Below, piece after piece: positions 8,001 to 17,048 of a stretch of 64,000 nucleotides of DNA. Under the pieces are notes generated by a model. It made no database searches. It saw only the letters and a program-made list of their open reading frames with translations, and was not told the origin of the DNA. Location: the NCBI GenBank assembly GCA_963744995.1, contig CAVUWA010000004.1, positions 256,001-320,000 on the forward strand, in the 5' to 3' direction. A program made the position numbers and the translations under genes. The DNA comes from Candidatus Eiseniibacteriota bacterium. GTDB lineage: Bacteria > Eisenbacteria > RBG-16-71-46. Positions within the stretch are counted from its first letter, which is position 1, and the number at the start of each line of letters is the position of its first letter.

Positions 8001-9991
8001 CACGACGCCTTGCGGCGCGGCGCGTCGCCGTCCACGGTGCGGCGCGGGCCGCGGCGCCGCTCGCGGCGCAGCTGCGGCGGCGCCTCGTCCGCGTCCGGGC
8101 GTTCGCCCGCGGCGCTCCCGGCGCCGCAGTGCGGGCAGAACCTCCAGGCCGGGCTCATGCGTCGGCGGCAGTGCTCGCAATGCTCGCCCACGAATGCGCC
8201 GCAGGTCGGGCAGTAGTCGAACTCCTCGTTGAGCACGGTCTGGCAGTGCCCGCACACGCGTCCCGCGGTCTCGCTCAGGTACACGGTGCGGGTGACCTCT
8301 TCGAGCGTGGTCACGCCGTCCAGCACCTTCTTCAGGCCGTCCTCGCCGATCGAGCGCATGCCGGCCTCGATCGCGGTGGTGCGGATCGCCGAATCGGGAG
8401 CGCCCTGGGTAACGAGTCCGCGGATCGTGTCGTCGACCGCGAGCACCTCGAAGATGCCCGTGCGGCCGCGGTAGCCGGTGTCATGGCAGTGCGGGCAGCC
8501 GCGCCCACGGTACAGGGTGAGCGACTCGGCGGCACGGTGGGCGCCGATGATGCGGCCGACATGGGCCGCGCCGGCCTCGTAGGATTCCTTGCAGCGGGGG
8601 CAGATCGTGCGGACCAGTCGCATGCTCACCACACCGACCAGCGAGGAGGCGACCATGAACGGCTCGAGGCCGAGATCCACGAGACGGGTGACGGCGCCGG
8701 CGGCGTCGTTGGTGTGCACGGTGCTCAGCACCAGGTGGCCGGTGACCGAGGCGCGGAAGGCGATCTGCGAGGTCTCGCCGTCGCGGATCTCCCCGATCAT
8801 GACCACGTCCGGGTCCTGACGCAGGATCGCGCGCAGCGAATTCGCGAACGTCTTCTTCGCCTTTTCGTCGACCTGCACCTGGTTGATCCCGGTGAGCTGG
8901 AATTCGACCGGGTCCTCGACCGTGACGATGTTGCGCGTCACGTGCTGGATGTGACGCAGGCCCGAGTAGAGCAGCGTGGTCTTGCCGGAGCCCGTCGGGC
9001 CGGTCACGAGCACGATGCCCTGCGGGCGATCGAGGAAGCCCTTGATCCGCTCGAGGTCGTCCTCGAACATGCCGAGGTCATGCAGCCCGACCTGCGTGCG
9101 GTTCTGGTCCACGATGCGGATGACGACCTTTTCGCCGTGGCTCACCGGCAGGGTCGAGACGCGCATGTCCACGCGGCGGCCCTCGACCCCGAGCATCATG
9201 CGACCGTCCTGCGGCTGGCGCTTCTCGGCGATGTCGAGGTTGGACAGCACCTTGATGCGCGACACGACCGCGCTCGTGGTCCACTTCGGCAGGCGCTGGA
9301 ATTCGTGCAGCAGGCCGTCGACGCGGAAGCGCACGACCAGGTCGCGGTCCTGCGGCTCGATGTGCACGTCGCTGGCGCGTTCCTGAATCGCGGTGTGCAG
9401 GAGCCAGTTGGTGAGGCGGACGATCGGGCGGCCTTCGGCCTCTTTGATCAGTTCGTCGATCGCCTGCGCCTGCTCCGTCTCGACGACGGCGGTGATCGCG
9501 ACCTCGTCCTCGTCGCGGCTGATGATCGTCTGGATCACCTCGTTGACGGAGTGGTCCATGTGGTAGAAGCGCCCGATCGCTTCGAGGATCTCGGCCGCCG
9601 GGGCGAGCACCGGCTTGATGAACATGCCGCTGTGGAAGCGCAGGTCCTCGAGCGCCGACACGTTGAGCGGATCGGACATCGCCACGATCAGCGTCGAGCG
9701 GCCCTCGATCTCGATCGGCAGCGCGTTGTACTTGCGGGAGACCTCTTCGTGCACGCGCTGCACGGCCAGCTCGTCGATCGCGATCTTGGAGAGATCCACG
9801 AGCGGCAGACCGAGCTGGAGCTGCAGCTGCTCGAGCAGCGCCTGCTCGCTGATCATTCCCAGGTGAACGAGCGTCGCGCCCAGCAACCTGCCGCTGCGAC
9901 GCTGTTCGGTGATCGCCTGTTCGAGCTGCTCGGGCGAGATCTGCCCCGCCTCGATCAGCATGTCGCCGAGACGCTTGTGATGGGCCTTCAT
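8000..9991 (-). CDS. GspE/PilB family ATPase with N-terminal MshEN domain and C-terminal double zinc ribbon
   Basis: RLGDMLIEAGQIS...LLGATLVHLGMIS (MshEN); ASDVHIEP; Walker A GPTGSGKTT; LRQDPDVVMIGEIRD; CPRC/CPHC; terminal CGHC-CPTC-CEHC-CPHC. Confidence 0.92.
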   Translation of the reverse strand: MKAHHKRLGDMLIEAGQISPEQLEQAITEQRRSGRLLGATLVHLGMISEQALLEQLQLQLGLPLVDLSKIAIDELAVQRVHEEVSRKYNALPIEIEGRSTLIVAMSDPLNVSALEDLRFHSGMFIKPVLAPAAEILEAIGRFYHMDHSVNEVIQTIISRDEDEVAITAVVETEQAQAIDELIKEAEGRPIVRLTNWLLHTAIQERASDVHIEPQDRDLVVRFRVDGLLHEFQRLPKWTTSAVVSRIKVLSNLDIAEKRQPQDGRMMLGVEGRRVDMRVSTLPVSHGEKVVIRIVDQNRTQVGLHDLGMFEDDLERIKGFLDRPQGIVLVTGPTGSGKTTLLYSGLRHIQHVTRNIVTVEDPVEFQLTGINQVQVDEKAKKTFANSLRAILRQDPDVVMIGEIRDGETSQIAFRASVTGHLVLSTVHTNDAAGAVTRLVDLGLEPFMVASSLVGVVSMRLVRTICPRCKESYEAGAAHVGRIIGAHRAAESLTLYRGRGCPHCHDTGYRGRTGIFEVLAVDDTIRGLVTQGAPDSAIRTTAIEAGMRSIGEDGLKKVLDGVTTLEEVTRTVYLSETAGRVCGHCQTVLNEEFDYCPTCGAFVGEHCEHCRRRMSPAWRFCPHCGAGSAAGERPDADEAPPQLRRERRRGPRRTVDGDAPRRKAS

Positions 9992-10037
9992 CTGGGGCGG
10001 TCCTTGCCTCGGGGGTAAGTGGCTTCCGTCCGGAGGG

Positions 10038-10066
10038 TTATCGGCCGGCCGGCCACTCCGGTTCAG
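10038..10066 (-). promoter_or_regulatory. Putative sigma28 (FliA/WhiG)-type promoter for the PilB/HD-GYP genes
   Basis: Minus strand has a perfect GCCGATAA -10 element (10045-10038), with TGAA 16 nt upstream, about 45 nt before the ATG. Confidence 0.45.
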
Positions 10067-10091
10067 CCCGAATGTGCTAGGTTGGGCGCGC

Positions 10092-11945
10092 ATGAGTGAG
10101 ACCCGTTCCGCCCGCCCCGACGAGGGCCGGGAAGACCCGCCGGTGACCCCGGCCGCCGCGGCCGCCCCGGATCCGGGCGCAGTGCGTTCGGCCGCTGCGA
10201 TTTCCGGCGACGACCCCCTTCCCGAAGAGATGCTGCAGCGGGCCGGCGAAGCCGAGGCTCGCGCGAGCGAGGCCTTCGGCGAGCTGCTGCGGGCGGCCAG
10301 CCGCCAGTGCCGCCGTCTCGCCGGATGCCGGATCGCCCGCATCTGGGTCGTGCGCCGCGCCGGCCGCCGCCTCGTGGCCTTCGACTTTCCGGACGACGAC
10401 GGCCGCGCGCCGGTCGAGATCCGTCGCGCCGGCCACGACGGCCCGGCCGGCTGGGCGATCGCCCACCGGGAAGCCCTGCACCTGGGCCCCGGCGATCCGC
10501 AGCCGCCGTTCACGGGACGCCCGGAGCCGTTCGACAGCGCCATCGTGCTGCCGCTCTACCGGCGCGGCGAAGCGTTCGCCGCGATCGAGTGCCTCGACAA
10601 GCTGGACGGCGGCGCATTCGCCGAGGAGGACGTCGACCGGCTCGAGGCCGCTTCCGAACAGATCGCCCTCGCGCTGGACAATGCGATGCTGCACCAGGCC
10701 ACCGAGCGGCGCGCGCTCGAAAAGGACGTGCTGCTCGAGGTGTCGAAGACGCTGGCCGCGCCGCTCGACCTGGACGACGTCATCGAGGCGATCCTCAAGG
10801 CACTGCGGCACGTCGTGCACTACGACGCCGCGTCCATCTACCTCGCGAACCCGAAGACGACCCGTCTCGAGCTGGTGAGCGAGATCGGCCACCCGGACAT
10901 GACCGAAGACGCGCTGCGCCTGCAGATGGGCCAGGGCATCGTCGGCTGGGTGGCGAAGACGGGCGAGCCGCTGATCGTCCCCGACGTAAGGGCCGACGAC
11001 CGCTACGTGGTTGCGCGCCCGTCCACGCGCAGCGAGCTGGCCGCGCCGCTGTCGCTCGAAGGCCGCACGATCGGGGTGTTCAACATCGAGAGCGATCTCG
11101 AGGATGCCTATCACGAGGGGCATCTCGCGATCGTGTCGGGTTTCGCGGCGCAGGCGGCGGTGGCCGTGCAGCGCGCGCAGCTGGCGCGCGAGCGCATGGA
11201 ACGGCGCCGGCTCGAGAAGGAGCTGGCGATCGCCCGCGAGATCCAGCTGTCGTTCCTGCCGAAGAAGTCGCCCGAGATCCCGGGGTTCGAGCTGGCGGGC
11301 ACGGCGCTGCCGCACGCGGAGGTGGGCGGCGACTACTACGATTTCATCCACGTGTCGCAGAACCGCGTGGGGCTCGCGATCGCCGACGTGTCCGGCAAGG
11401 GCATTCCGGCCGCGCTCATCATGGCCGGCTTCCGCATGAGCCTGCTCGCCGAGATCCGCAACGAGTTCGCGATCCGCGCGGTGATGCGCAAGGTGAATTC
11501 GCTGCTCAACGAGAGCACGGAACGCCACAAATTCGTCACCGCGTTCTACGGCGTGCTCGACTACCGCAACCGCGTGCTGATCTTCTCGAACGCGGGGCAC
11601 AATCCGCCGATCCTGCTGCGCAAGGACGGCTCGGTGGAGTACCTCATGGAGGGCGGCGTCGCGCTCGGCGTGCTGCCGGACGCGTTCTACGAGGAACGCC
11701 CGATCGCGATCCGCCCGGGCGACGTCCTGCTGCTCTACACCGACGGCGTCTCCGAGGCCGAATCGGAGGCCGACCCTTCCGATCAGTTCGGCCGCGAGCG
11801 GATCGAGGCGACCATGCGACGGCTCGCGACACGGAGCGCGCAGGACATCGTCGACGGGATCGTCGAGGACGTGCGCACCTTCGCGGGCGAACGCGGCCAG
11901 ACGGACGATCTCACGCTGATGGTGGTCAAGGCGCACGCCACCTAG
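10092..11945 (+). CDS. GAF-GAF-SpoIIE (PP2C, RsbU-like) phosphatase
   Basis: Two GAF-like domains, then ELAIAREIQ, VGGDYYD, IADVSGKG, NAGHNPP, YTDGVSE, DDLT motifs. Confidence 0.92.
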   Translation: MSETRSARPDEGREDPPVTPAAAAAPDPGAVRSAAAISGDDPLPEEMLQRAGEAEARASEAFGELLRAASRQCRRLAGCRIARIWVVRRAGRRLVAFDFPDDDGRAPVEIRRAGHDGPAGWAIAHREALHLGPGDPQPPFTGRPEPFDSAIVLPLYRRGEAFAAIECLDKLDGGAFAEEDVDRLEAASEQIALALDNAMLHQATERRALEKDVLLEVSKTLAAPLDLDDVIEAILKALRHVVHYDAASIYLANPKTTRLELVSEIGHPDMTEDALRLQMGQGIVGWVAKTGEPLIVPDVRADDRYVVARPSTRSELAAPLSLEGRTIGVFNIESDLEDAYHEGHLAIVSGFAAQAAVAVQRAQLARERMERRRLEKELAIAREIQLSFLPKKSPEIPGFELAGTALPHAEVGGDYYDFIHVSQNRVGLAIADVSGKGIPAALIMAGFRMSLLAEIRNEFAIRAVMRKVNSLLNESTERHKFVTAFYGVLDYRNRVLIFSNAGHNPPILLRKDGSVEYLMEGGVALGVLPDAFYEERPIAIRPGDVLLLYTDGVSEAESEADPSDQFGRERIEATMRRLATRSAQDIVDGIVEDVRTFAGERGQTDDLTLMVVKAHAT

Positions 11946-11973
11946 GGGCGCGGGGCGCGCCGCGCTCGCACGT

Positions 11974-12471
11974 TCAGCCGGACCGCTCGAGCGCGGCCGC
12001 GGCGGCCAGCACCTGCGCGGCGTGGCCGCGGATCTTGACGTTGCCCCACACGGCGGCGATCCGGCCGTGCGTATCGATGAGCACCGTCGAGCGGCGGAAC
12101 ATCTCGATGCTCCAGGCGCCGATGCCGATGCGCCGCACCAGGCGGAACGCGTCGCCCGCGGTACGATCGACGTCGGACAGCAGGGGGTAGGGCAGCTCGA
12201 GCCGCGTGGCCCACTCGAGGTTCGACTCGGGGGTGTCGCGCGTCACGCCGGCGACGGCGAGTCCCTGCCGGACGAACGCCTCGTGGGCCGCGCGAAACTC
12301 GCGCAGCTCGCGCACTCAGCCGGGGGTGCCGTTGTGGATGTAGAAGAACAGGACGAGCGGACCGACGCCGACGCGCTGGCGCAGGCGGAACGTGCCGCCC
12401 TGCGTGCTCGGCATGGCGAGATCGGGAATCGGCTGCTCGAGCAGGGACTCGGGGCCGGCGGCGTCGTTCAC
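11974..12471 (-). CDS. Peroxiredoxin (BCP/AhpC-TSA family), probable selenoprotein with UGA at 12318-12316
   Basis: Two in-frame ORF halves join as ...GPLVLFFYIHNGTPG-[TGA]-VRELREF...YPLLSD...RSTVLID...GHA. The TGA sits at the peroxidatic Cys of the TPGC motif. Confidence 0.85.
12283..12315 (-). promoter_or_regulatory. Putative bacterial SECIS element
   Basis: Directly 3' of the UGA: GCUGCGCGA-GUU-UCGCGCGGC 9-bp stem, G-first apical loop 18 nt after the UGA; GUG/CAC could form a lower stem. Confidence 0.7.
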
Positions 12472-12568
12472 GCGCGCACCATAGTGCAGGGCCCGCGCGG
12501 GCGGCAACCGGCGGAAACCCCGGGCGTGGCAGCGCCCGGGTTCGAGTTCTACGCGAAGTGCGCAACTC

Positions 12569-12597
12569 TTGACCCTTGCAGACGATCCCGATAGTCT
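12569..12597 (+). promoter_or_regulatory. Putative sigma70 promoter of trpS-scpAB-rluB
   Basis: TTGACC-N17-TAGTCT. Confidence 0.55.
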
Positions 12598-12717
12598 GCG
12601 CCGAACTCGTCCTCTGACAATCTCTTGGAGCCTCCGCGTGCACCTCCGCTTCGCCCCGCCATCCGCCCGACTCACGACCCGCGCCGGCCGCCCTGGCGTG
12701 CAGCGCGGGGAGCTGCG

Positions 12718-13761
12718 ATGAAGCGCCGCATCCTGTCCGGCATGCGGCCGACCGGACGTCTGCACCTCGGCAACTTCGTGGGCGCGCTCGAGAACTGGGT
12801 GCGCCTGCAGAACGAGGGCTGGGAAAACTTCCACATGGTGGCCGACTGGCACATGCTCACGACCGGCTACGAGGACACGTCGCACATCCAGAGCGACACC
12901 TTCGAAATGGTCGTGGACTGGCTCGCGGCCGGAGTGGACCCGGAGAAGAGCGTGATCTTCGTGCAGTCCGACGTGAAGGAGCACGCCGAGCTGCACCTGC
13001 TGTTCTCCATGCTGGTGAGCAAGGCGCGACTCGAGCGCATTCCCACGCTCAAGGAGCAGATCCGCGACCTGCACCTCGACGAGCAGACGATCTCCTACGG
13101 CCATCTGGGCTATTCGGTGCTGCAGGCCGCGGACATTCTGCTCTATCGCGCCACCCACGTGCCGGTCGGGGAGGACCAGGTGCCGCACGTCGAGCTCACC
13201 CGCGAGATCGCCCGGCGGTTCAACTTCGTCTACTGCAGGGATCGCGAGCCGGTGTTCCCCGAGCCCGAGGCGCAGCTCACCCAGTTCGCGCGGCTGCGCG
13301 GCCTCGACGGCAACCGCATGAGCAAGTCGGTCGGCAATACGATCCTGCTCGCCGACACGCCGGAGGCCATCGCGCAGAAGGTGCGCCAGGCCTACACCGA
13401 TCCGAAGAAGATCCGCGCCACGGACCCGGGCCGGCCCGAAGCCGATCCATCCGACGGGCACGGGGGCTGCGTGATCTGGGAGTACCACCGCAAGTTCAAC
13501 CCGGGCGAGGCCGAGGACATCGCCGCGCGCTGCCGGGCCGGGACGCTCGCCTGCGTGCCGGACAAGAAGCACCTGGCCGAGGTGCTCAGCGAGGCGCTGG
13601 CGCCCATCCGTGCCCGGCGCGAGGAATATGCCGCCGATCCGGACCGGGTTCGCGATATCCTGCGCGAAGGCAACCGCCGCGCCCGCGCGGTCGCCGAGGA
13701 GACCATGGACATGGTGCGCACCGTGATGAACCTGAAGTCGCCCGCCGCGCTCGTCCGATGA
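12718..13761 (+). CDS. trpS: Tryptophan--tRNA ligase
   Basis: SGMRPTGRLHLGN (HIGH-like), LQAADIL, VPVGEDQ, RMSKS. Confidence 0.97.
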   Translation: MKRRILSGMRPTGRLHLGNFVGALENWVRLQNEGWENFHMVADWHMLTTGYEDTSHIQSDTFEMVVDWLAAGVDPEKSVIFVQSDVKEHAELHLLFSMLVSKARLERIPTLKEQIRDLHLDEQTISYGHLGYSVLQAADILLYRATHVPVGEDQVPHVELTREIARRFNFVYCRDREPVFPEPEAQLTQFARLRGLDGNRMSKSVGNTILLADTPEAIAQKVRQAYTDPKKIRATDPGRPEADPSDGHGGCVIWEYHRKFNPGEAEDIAARCRAGTLACVPDKKHLAEVLSEALAPIRARREEYAADPDRVRDILREGNRRARAVAEETMDMVRTVMNLKSPAALVR

Positions 13762-14666
13762 CGCACGACGAACGCGAAAACGGCGCCGCCCCGCTCGAGG
13801 CGCCGGCCGCCGCGGTGGAAGCCGCCGACGCCGCCCCCGGAACCGCCGCACCCGCGGGGGAGACCGCCGCGCCCGGGTCGCTGCTCGGCTCGGGGATCCG
13901 GCCGGACCGCCCCTCGGTGACGGTCAAGCTCGAGCGTTTCGAGGGGCCGCTCGATCTGCTGCTGCACCTGATCAAGCGCGACGAGATCGACATCTACGAC
14001 ATCCCGATCGCGCACATCACCCAGCAGTACCTGGCGTACATCGAACTGATGCGCGCGCTCGATCTCGACGTGGCCGGCGAATTCCTGGTGATGGCGGCGA
14101 CCCTGATGCGCATCAAGTCGAAGATGCTGCTGCCGGCGCCTGCAGTCGGCGAAGAAGAGGACGAAGGCGATCCGCGCGAGGAGCTCGTGCAGCGGCTCGT
14201 CGAGTACCGCCAGTTCAAGGAGGCGGCCGGCACGCTCAAACTGAGGGAAGAGGAGCGTCGGCTGCTGTTCGAGCGCGGCATGGTCCCGGGCGAGGACGAA
14301 GCCGGGCCGCTGCCGCTCGCCCCGGCGACGCTGTTCGACCTGCTCGACGCGCTCAACCGCGTCATGGCGCGGCTGCCCGAGCAGAACGTCTACGAGGTGC
14401 AGGCGGAGGTCTTCGACGTCGAGGACAAGATGGCGGAGATCGCGCAGCAGGCCGCGGAGCGCGGCAGCGTGTCGTTCATCGGCCTCCTGGCGCGCTGCCG
14501 GGTGCGCATGGAGATGGTGGTCGTCTTCATGGCGCTGCTCGAGCTCATCAAGCTCGGCCAGGTGACGGTGTCGCAGCCGGACCGCTTCGGCGAAATCCAG
14601 ATTCTCCACCACGTGCCCGAAGGGAGTGATGACATTGCCCCCGCAGAACCTGCTGGCAGCGATTGA
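13758..14666 (+). CDS. scpA: Segregation and condensation protein A
   Basis: FEGPLDLLLHLIK, EFLVMAATL, KSKMLLP, FMALLEL. Confidence 0.95.
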   Translation: MTHDERENGAAPLEAPAAAVEAADAAPGTAAPAGETAAPGSLLGSGIRPDRPSVTVKLERFEGPLDLLLHLIKRDEIDIYDIPIAHITQQYLAYIELMRALDLDVAGEFLVMAATLMRIKSKMLLPAPAVGEEEDEGDPREELVQRLVEYRQFKEAAGTLKLREEERRLLFERGMVPGEDEAGPLPLAPATLFDLLDALNRVMARLPEQNVYEVQAEVFDVEDKMAEIAQQAAERGSVSFIGLLARCRVRMEMVVVFMALLELIKLGQVTVSQPDRFGEIQILHHVPEGSDDIAPAEPAGSD

Positions 14667-15354
14667 AGCGCTGCTGTTCTCCTCGGACCAGCCGCTCAGC
14701 CTGAGCCTTCTGACCGAGGCGCTCGACGCGGATCCCGCGGCCGTGAGCGAGGCCCTGCACGCGCTCGGCGAGTCCTGTACGGCCCGCGGTGCGGGCGTCG
14801 AGCTGCGCGAGATCGCGGGCGGCTGGCAGATCGTCACCGCGCCCGAGCAGGCCGACTGGGTCGGCCGCATGCTGCGCGGCAAGCGGCGCATGCGGCTCTC
14901 GCGCGCGGCGCTCGAAACGATGGCGATCGTCGCGTACAAGCAGCCGGTGACCAAGTCCGAGATCGAGGCGATCCGCGGCGTGGACTCCAGCGGCGTGCTC
15001 GCCACGCTGCTCGAACGCAACCTGGTGACGATCCGCGGCCGTTCCAAGGTCGTCGGGCGCCCGCTGCTCTACGGCACCACGCAGGAGTTCCTCGAGTATT
15101 TCGGTCTGCGCGAGCTGGCCGAGCTGCCACGCCCCGAAGAGCTGCGTGCCCTGGTGGCGGCGCGTGAGCCGGAGCAGCTCGACATGATGGAGGCCGAGGT
15201 CGTGTCGCAGGTGGGCTCGGACGTGCTGGCGGCTGGTGATGACCGCCCGGCCCACGAGATCGACGGCGGGGACGTGGCGGGAGAAGGCGAGGACGCGGCG
15301 GAAGAGGATGCCGCTCGGGGGGCCTCCGCGGTGAGCGAAGTCGACGCCACTTGA
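14629..15354 (+). CDS. scpB: Segregation and condensation protein B
   Basis: IEALLFSS, LSRAALETMAIVAYKQPVTKSEIEAIRGV, GRPLLYGTT..FL..FGL. Confidence 0.95.
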   Translation: MTLPPQNLLAAIEALLFSSDQPLSLSLLTEALDADPAAVSEALHALGESCTARGAGVELREIAGGWQIVTAPEQADWVGRMLRGKRRMRLSRAALETMAIVAYKQPVTKSEIEAIRGVDSSGVLATLLERNLVTIRGRSKVVGRPLLYGTTQEFLEYFGLRELAELPRPEELRALVAAREPEQLDMMEAEVVSQVGSDVLAAGDDRPAHEIDGGDVAGEGEDAAEEDAARGASAVSEVDAT

Positions 15355-17048
15355 GGATCCGCCTCAACAAGCTCCTAGCGACCCGCGGTGTGGCGGCGCG
15401 CCGCAAGTGCGACGCGTTGATCGCGAGCGGCGCGGTGCGGGTGAACGGCGAGGTGATCGTCGCTCCCGGCGCCCACGTCGATCCCGACCACGACGACGTG
15501 CGCGTGAACGGCAAGCGCATCGCCGGCGCCTCGGTGCATCGCTACTTCGTGCTCAACAAGCCGGTCGGCATGATTTCGACGCTGAGCGACCCGCAGGGCC
15601 GCCGTTCGCTGCGCGAGCTGCTGCCGCCCGGGCCGCGCGTATTTCCGGTGGGCCGGCTCGATGCCGACACCAGCGGCCTCCTGCTGCTCACCAACGACGG
15701 TGACCTCGCGCATCACCTCATGCATCCGCGCTACGGTGTCGAGAAGTTCTACCGCGCCGTCGTCGCCGATCCCCCGAACGAACGCCAGCTCCAGCGCCTG
15801 CAGCGCGGCGTGATGTTCGAACCCGGCGTGCGCAGCGCGCCGGCGCGCGTACGCGAGCGCGACCCGGTCGCGCGCGGGCCGGTGATCGAGATCGCGATCT
15901 CGGAAGGGCGCTACCGCCAGGTGCGGCGCATGTGCGAGGCCGTGGGCCTCGACGTGGTCGCCCTGCACCGCTGGGGGTACGGGCCGCTCCGGCTCGGCGA
16001 TCTCGAGCGCGGCATGTGGCGCGAGCTGTCGGAAGAGGAGGTCGCACGGCTCAGGTCCGCGAGCGCGCGCCCCAAGGCACGCCCGGCGTCGCTCCGCAGG
16101 CCGCGCGGTCTGAGACGCGGGGAGGCGCCGCGCCACAGTACCTCCGACGAGATCGGCTTTCCGGCGCTGCCCGGTGAGAGTGGACCGGAGGCGCGCGCCC
16201 CGCGCGCGGAAAGTGCAGAGGGCGAGCGCGCACCGCGGCCGGGCGGCCGTCCGGAACGAGCCGGGCGCACGCCGCGAGGACGCAGCCGGGAGGAGCGCCC
16301 GGAGCGCACGCCGCGGGGCCGCAACCCGGCCGAGCGCCCGCCGCGCACGGGACGGAGCCGCAGGGCAGCCGAGCGCACCGAAGGCGCGCCGCCGGCGCGC
16401 GGTCCGGCCGGACGCGGCGGCAGGAGCCCGCGCCAGCTGGCCGACGACATGCGCCGTGGGCGCACGCCGTGGGAAAAGAGCGGCACGCGGACGCGCGGGC
16501 GAAGCGCCCGCTCGGGCGATGCGGGCGGGCCGGCTTCACGCGCGGGCGAGCGCGGCGCGCGTCTGCCTGCCTCACGTCGCACCCGGGAGGAGCGCCCGGA
16601 GCGCGCGCCGCGCCCGGGTCGTGCGTCCGCGCCGCGCCCGGTCGTGCGTCCGCGCCGCGCCCGGGTCGTGCGCGGGTCGTGCGCCGCGCCGCGCCCGGGT
16701 CGTGCGTCCGCGCCGCGCCCGGGTCGTGCGCCGCGCCGCGCCCGGGTCGTGCGTCCGCGCCGCGCCCGGGTCGTGGTCCGCGCCGCGCCCGGGTCGTGCG
16801 CCCGCGCCGCGCCCGGGCCGAGCGTCCGCGCCGCGCCCGGGTCGTGCGCCCGCGCCGCGCCCGGGTCGTGGCGATCGTTCGCGCCGCGGTCCCGCCGCAC
16901 GCCCTGGCGCCACCGAGCGCGGCCCGCGCCGATCGGGTGCGGCCTCCGCGGGGCGATCGCCGGGAGGCCGGTCGGGTCGTTCGAGCCGGTCGCCGGGCGG
17001 CCGCCCCACGCGCCGGAAGGGCGGCCGCCGCGGGTGAAAGCGCGGTAG
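15351..17048 (+). CDS. rluB: RsuA/RluB family pseudouridine synthase with long Arg/Pro-rich C-terminal tail (3' end uncertain because of indels in a tandem repeat)
   Basis: S4 domain RLNKLLA, NKPVG, catalytic VGRLDADTSGLLLLTNDG, EGRYRQVRRM; usual position after scpAB. Confidence 0.88.
   Translation: MRIRLNKLLATRGVAARRKCDALIASGAVRVNGEVIVAPGAHVDPDHDDVRVNGKRIAGASVHRYFVLNKPVGMISTLSDPQGRRSLRELLPPGPRVFPVGRLDADTSGLLLLTNDGDLAHHLMHPRYGVEKFYRAVVADPPNERQLQRLQRGVMFEPGVRSAPARVRERDPVARGPVIEIAISEGRYRQVRRMCEAVGLDVVALHRWGYGPLRLGDLERGMWRELSEEEVARLRSASARPKARPASLRRPRGLRRGEAPRHSTSDEIGFPALPGESGPEARAPRAESAEGERAPRPGGRPERAGRTPRGRSREERPERTPRGRNPAERPPRTGRSRRAAERTEGAPPARGPAGRGGRSPRQLADDMRRGRTPWEKSGTRTRGRSARSGDAGGPASRAGERGARLPASRRTREERPERAPRPGRASAPRPVVRPRRARVVRGSCAAPRPGRASAPRPGRAPRRARVVRPRRARVVVRAAPGSCARAAPGPSVRAAPGSCARAAPGSWRSFAPRSRRTPWRHRARPAPIGCGLRGAIAGRPVGSFEPVAGRPPHAPEGRPPRVKAR
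16605..16870 (+). repeat. About 24-bp tandem repeat (GCGCCGCGCCCGGGTCGTGCGTCC), about 11 copies plus one partial
   Basis: Core CCCGGGTCGTG recurs at 23-24 bp spacing; encodes APRPGRAS when in frame. Confidence 0.9.

Noticed and set aside
11974..12471. Peroxiredoxin as a pseudogene
   Set aside because: The single stop is UGA exactly at the catalytic residue, followed by a SECIS-like hairpin, and both halves are otherwise intact.
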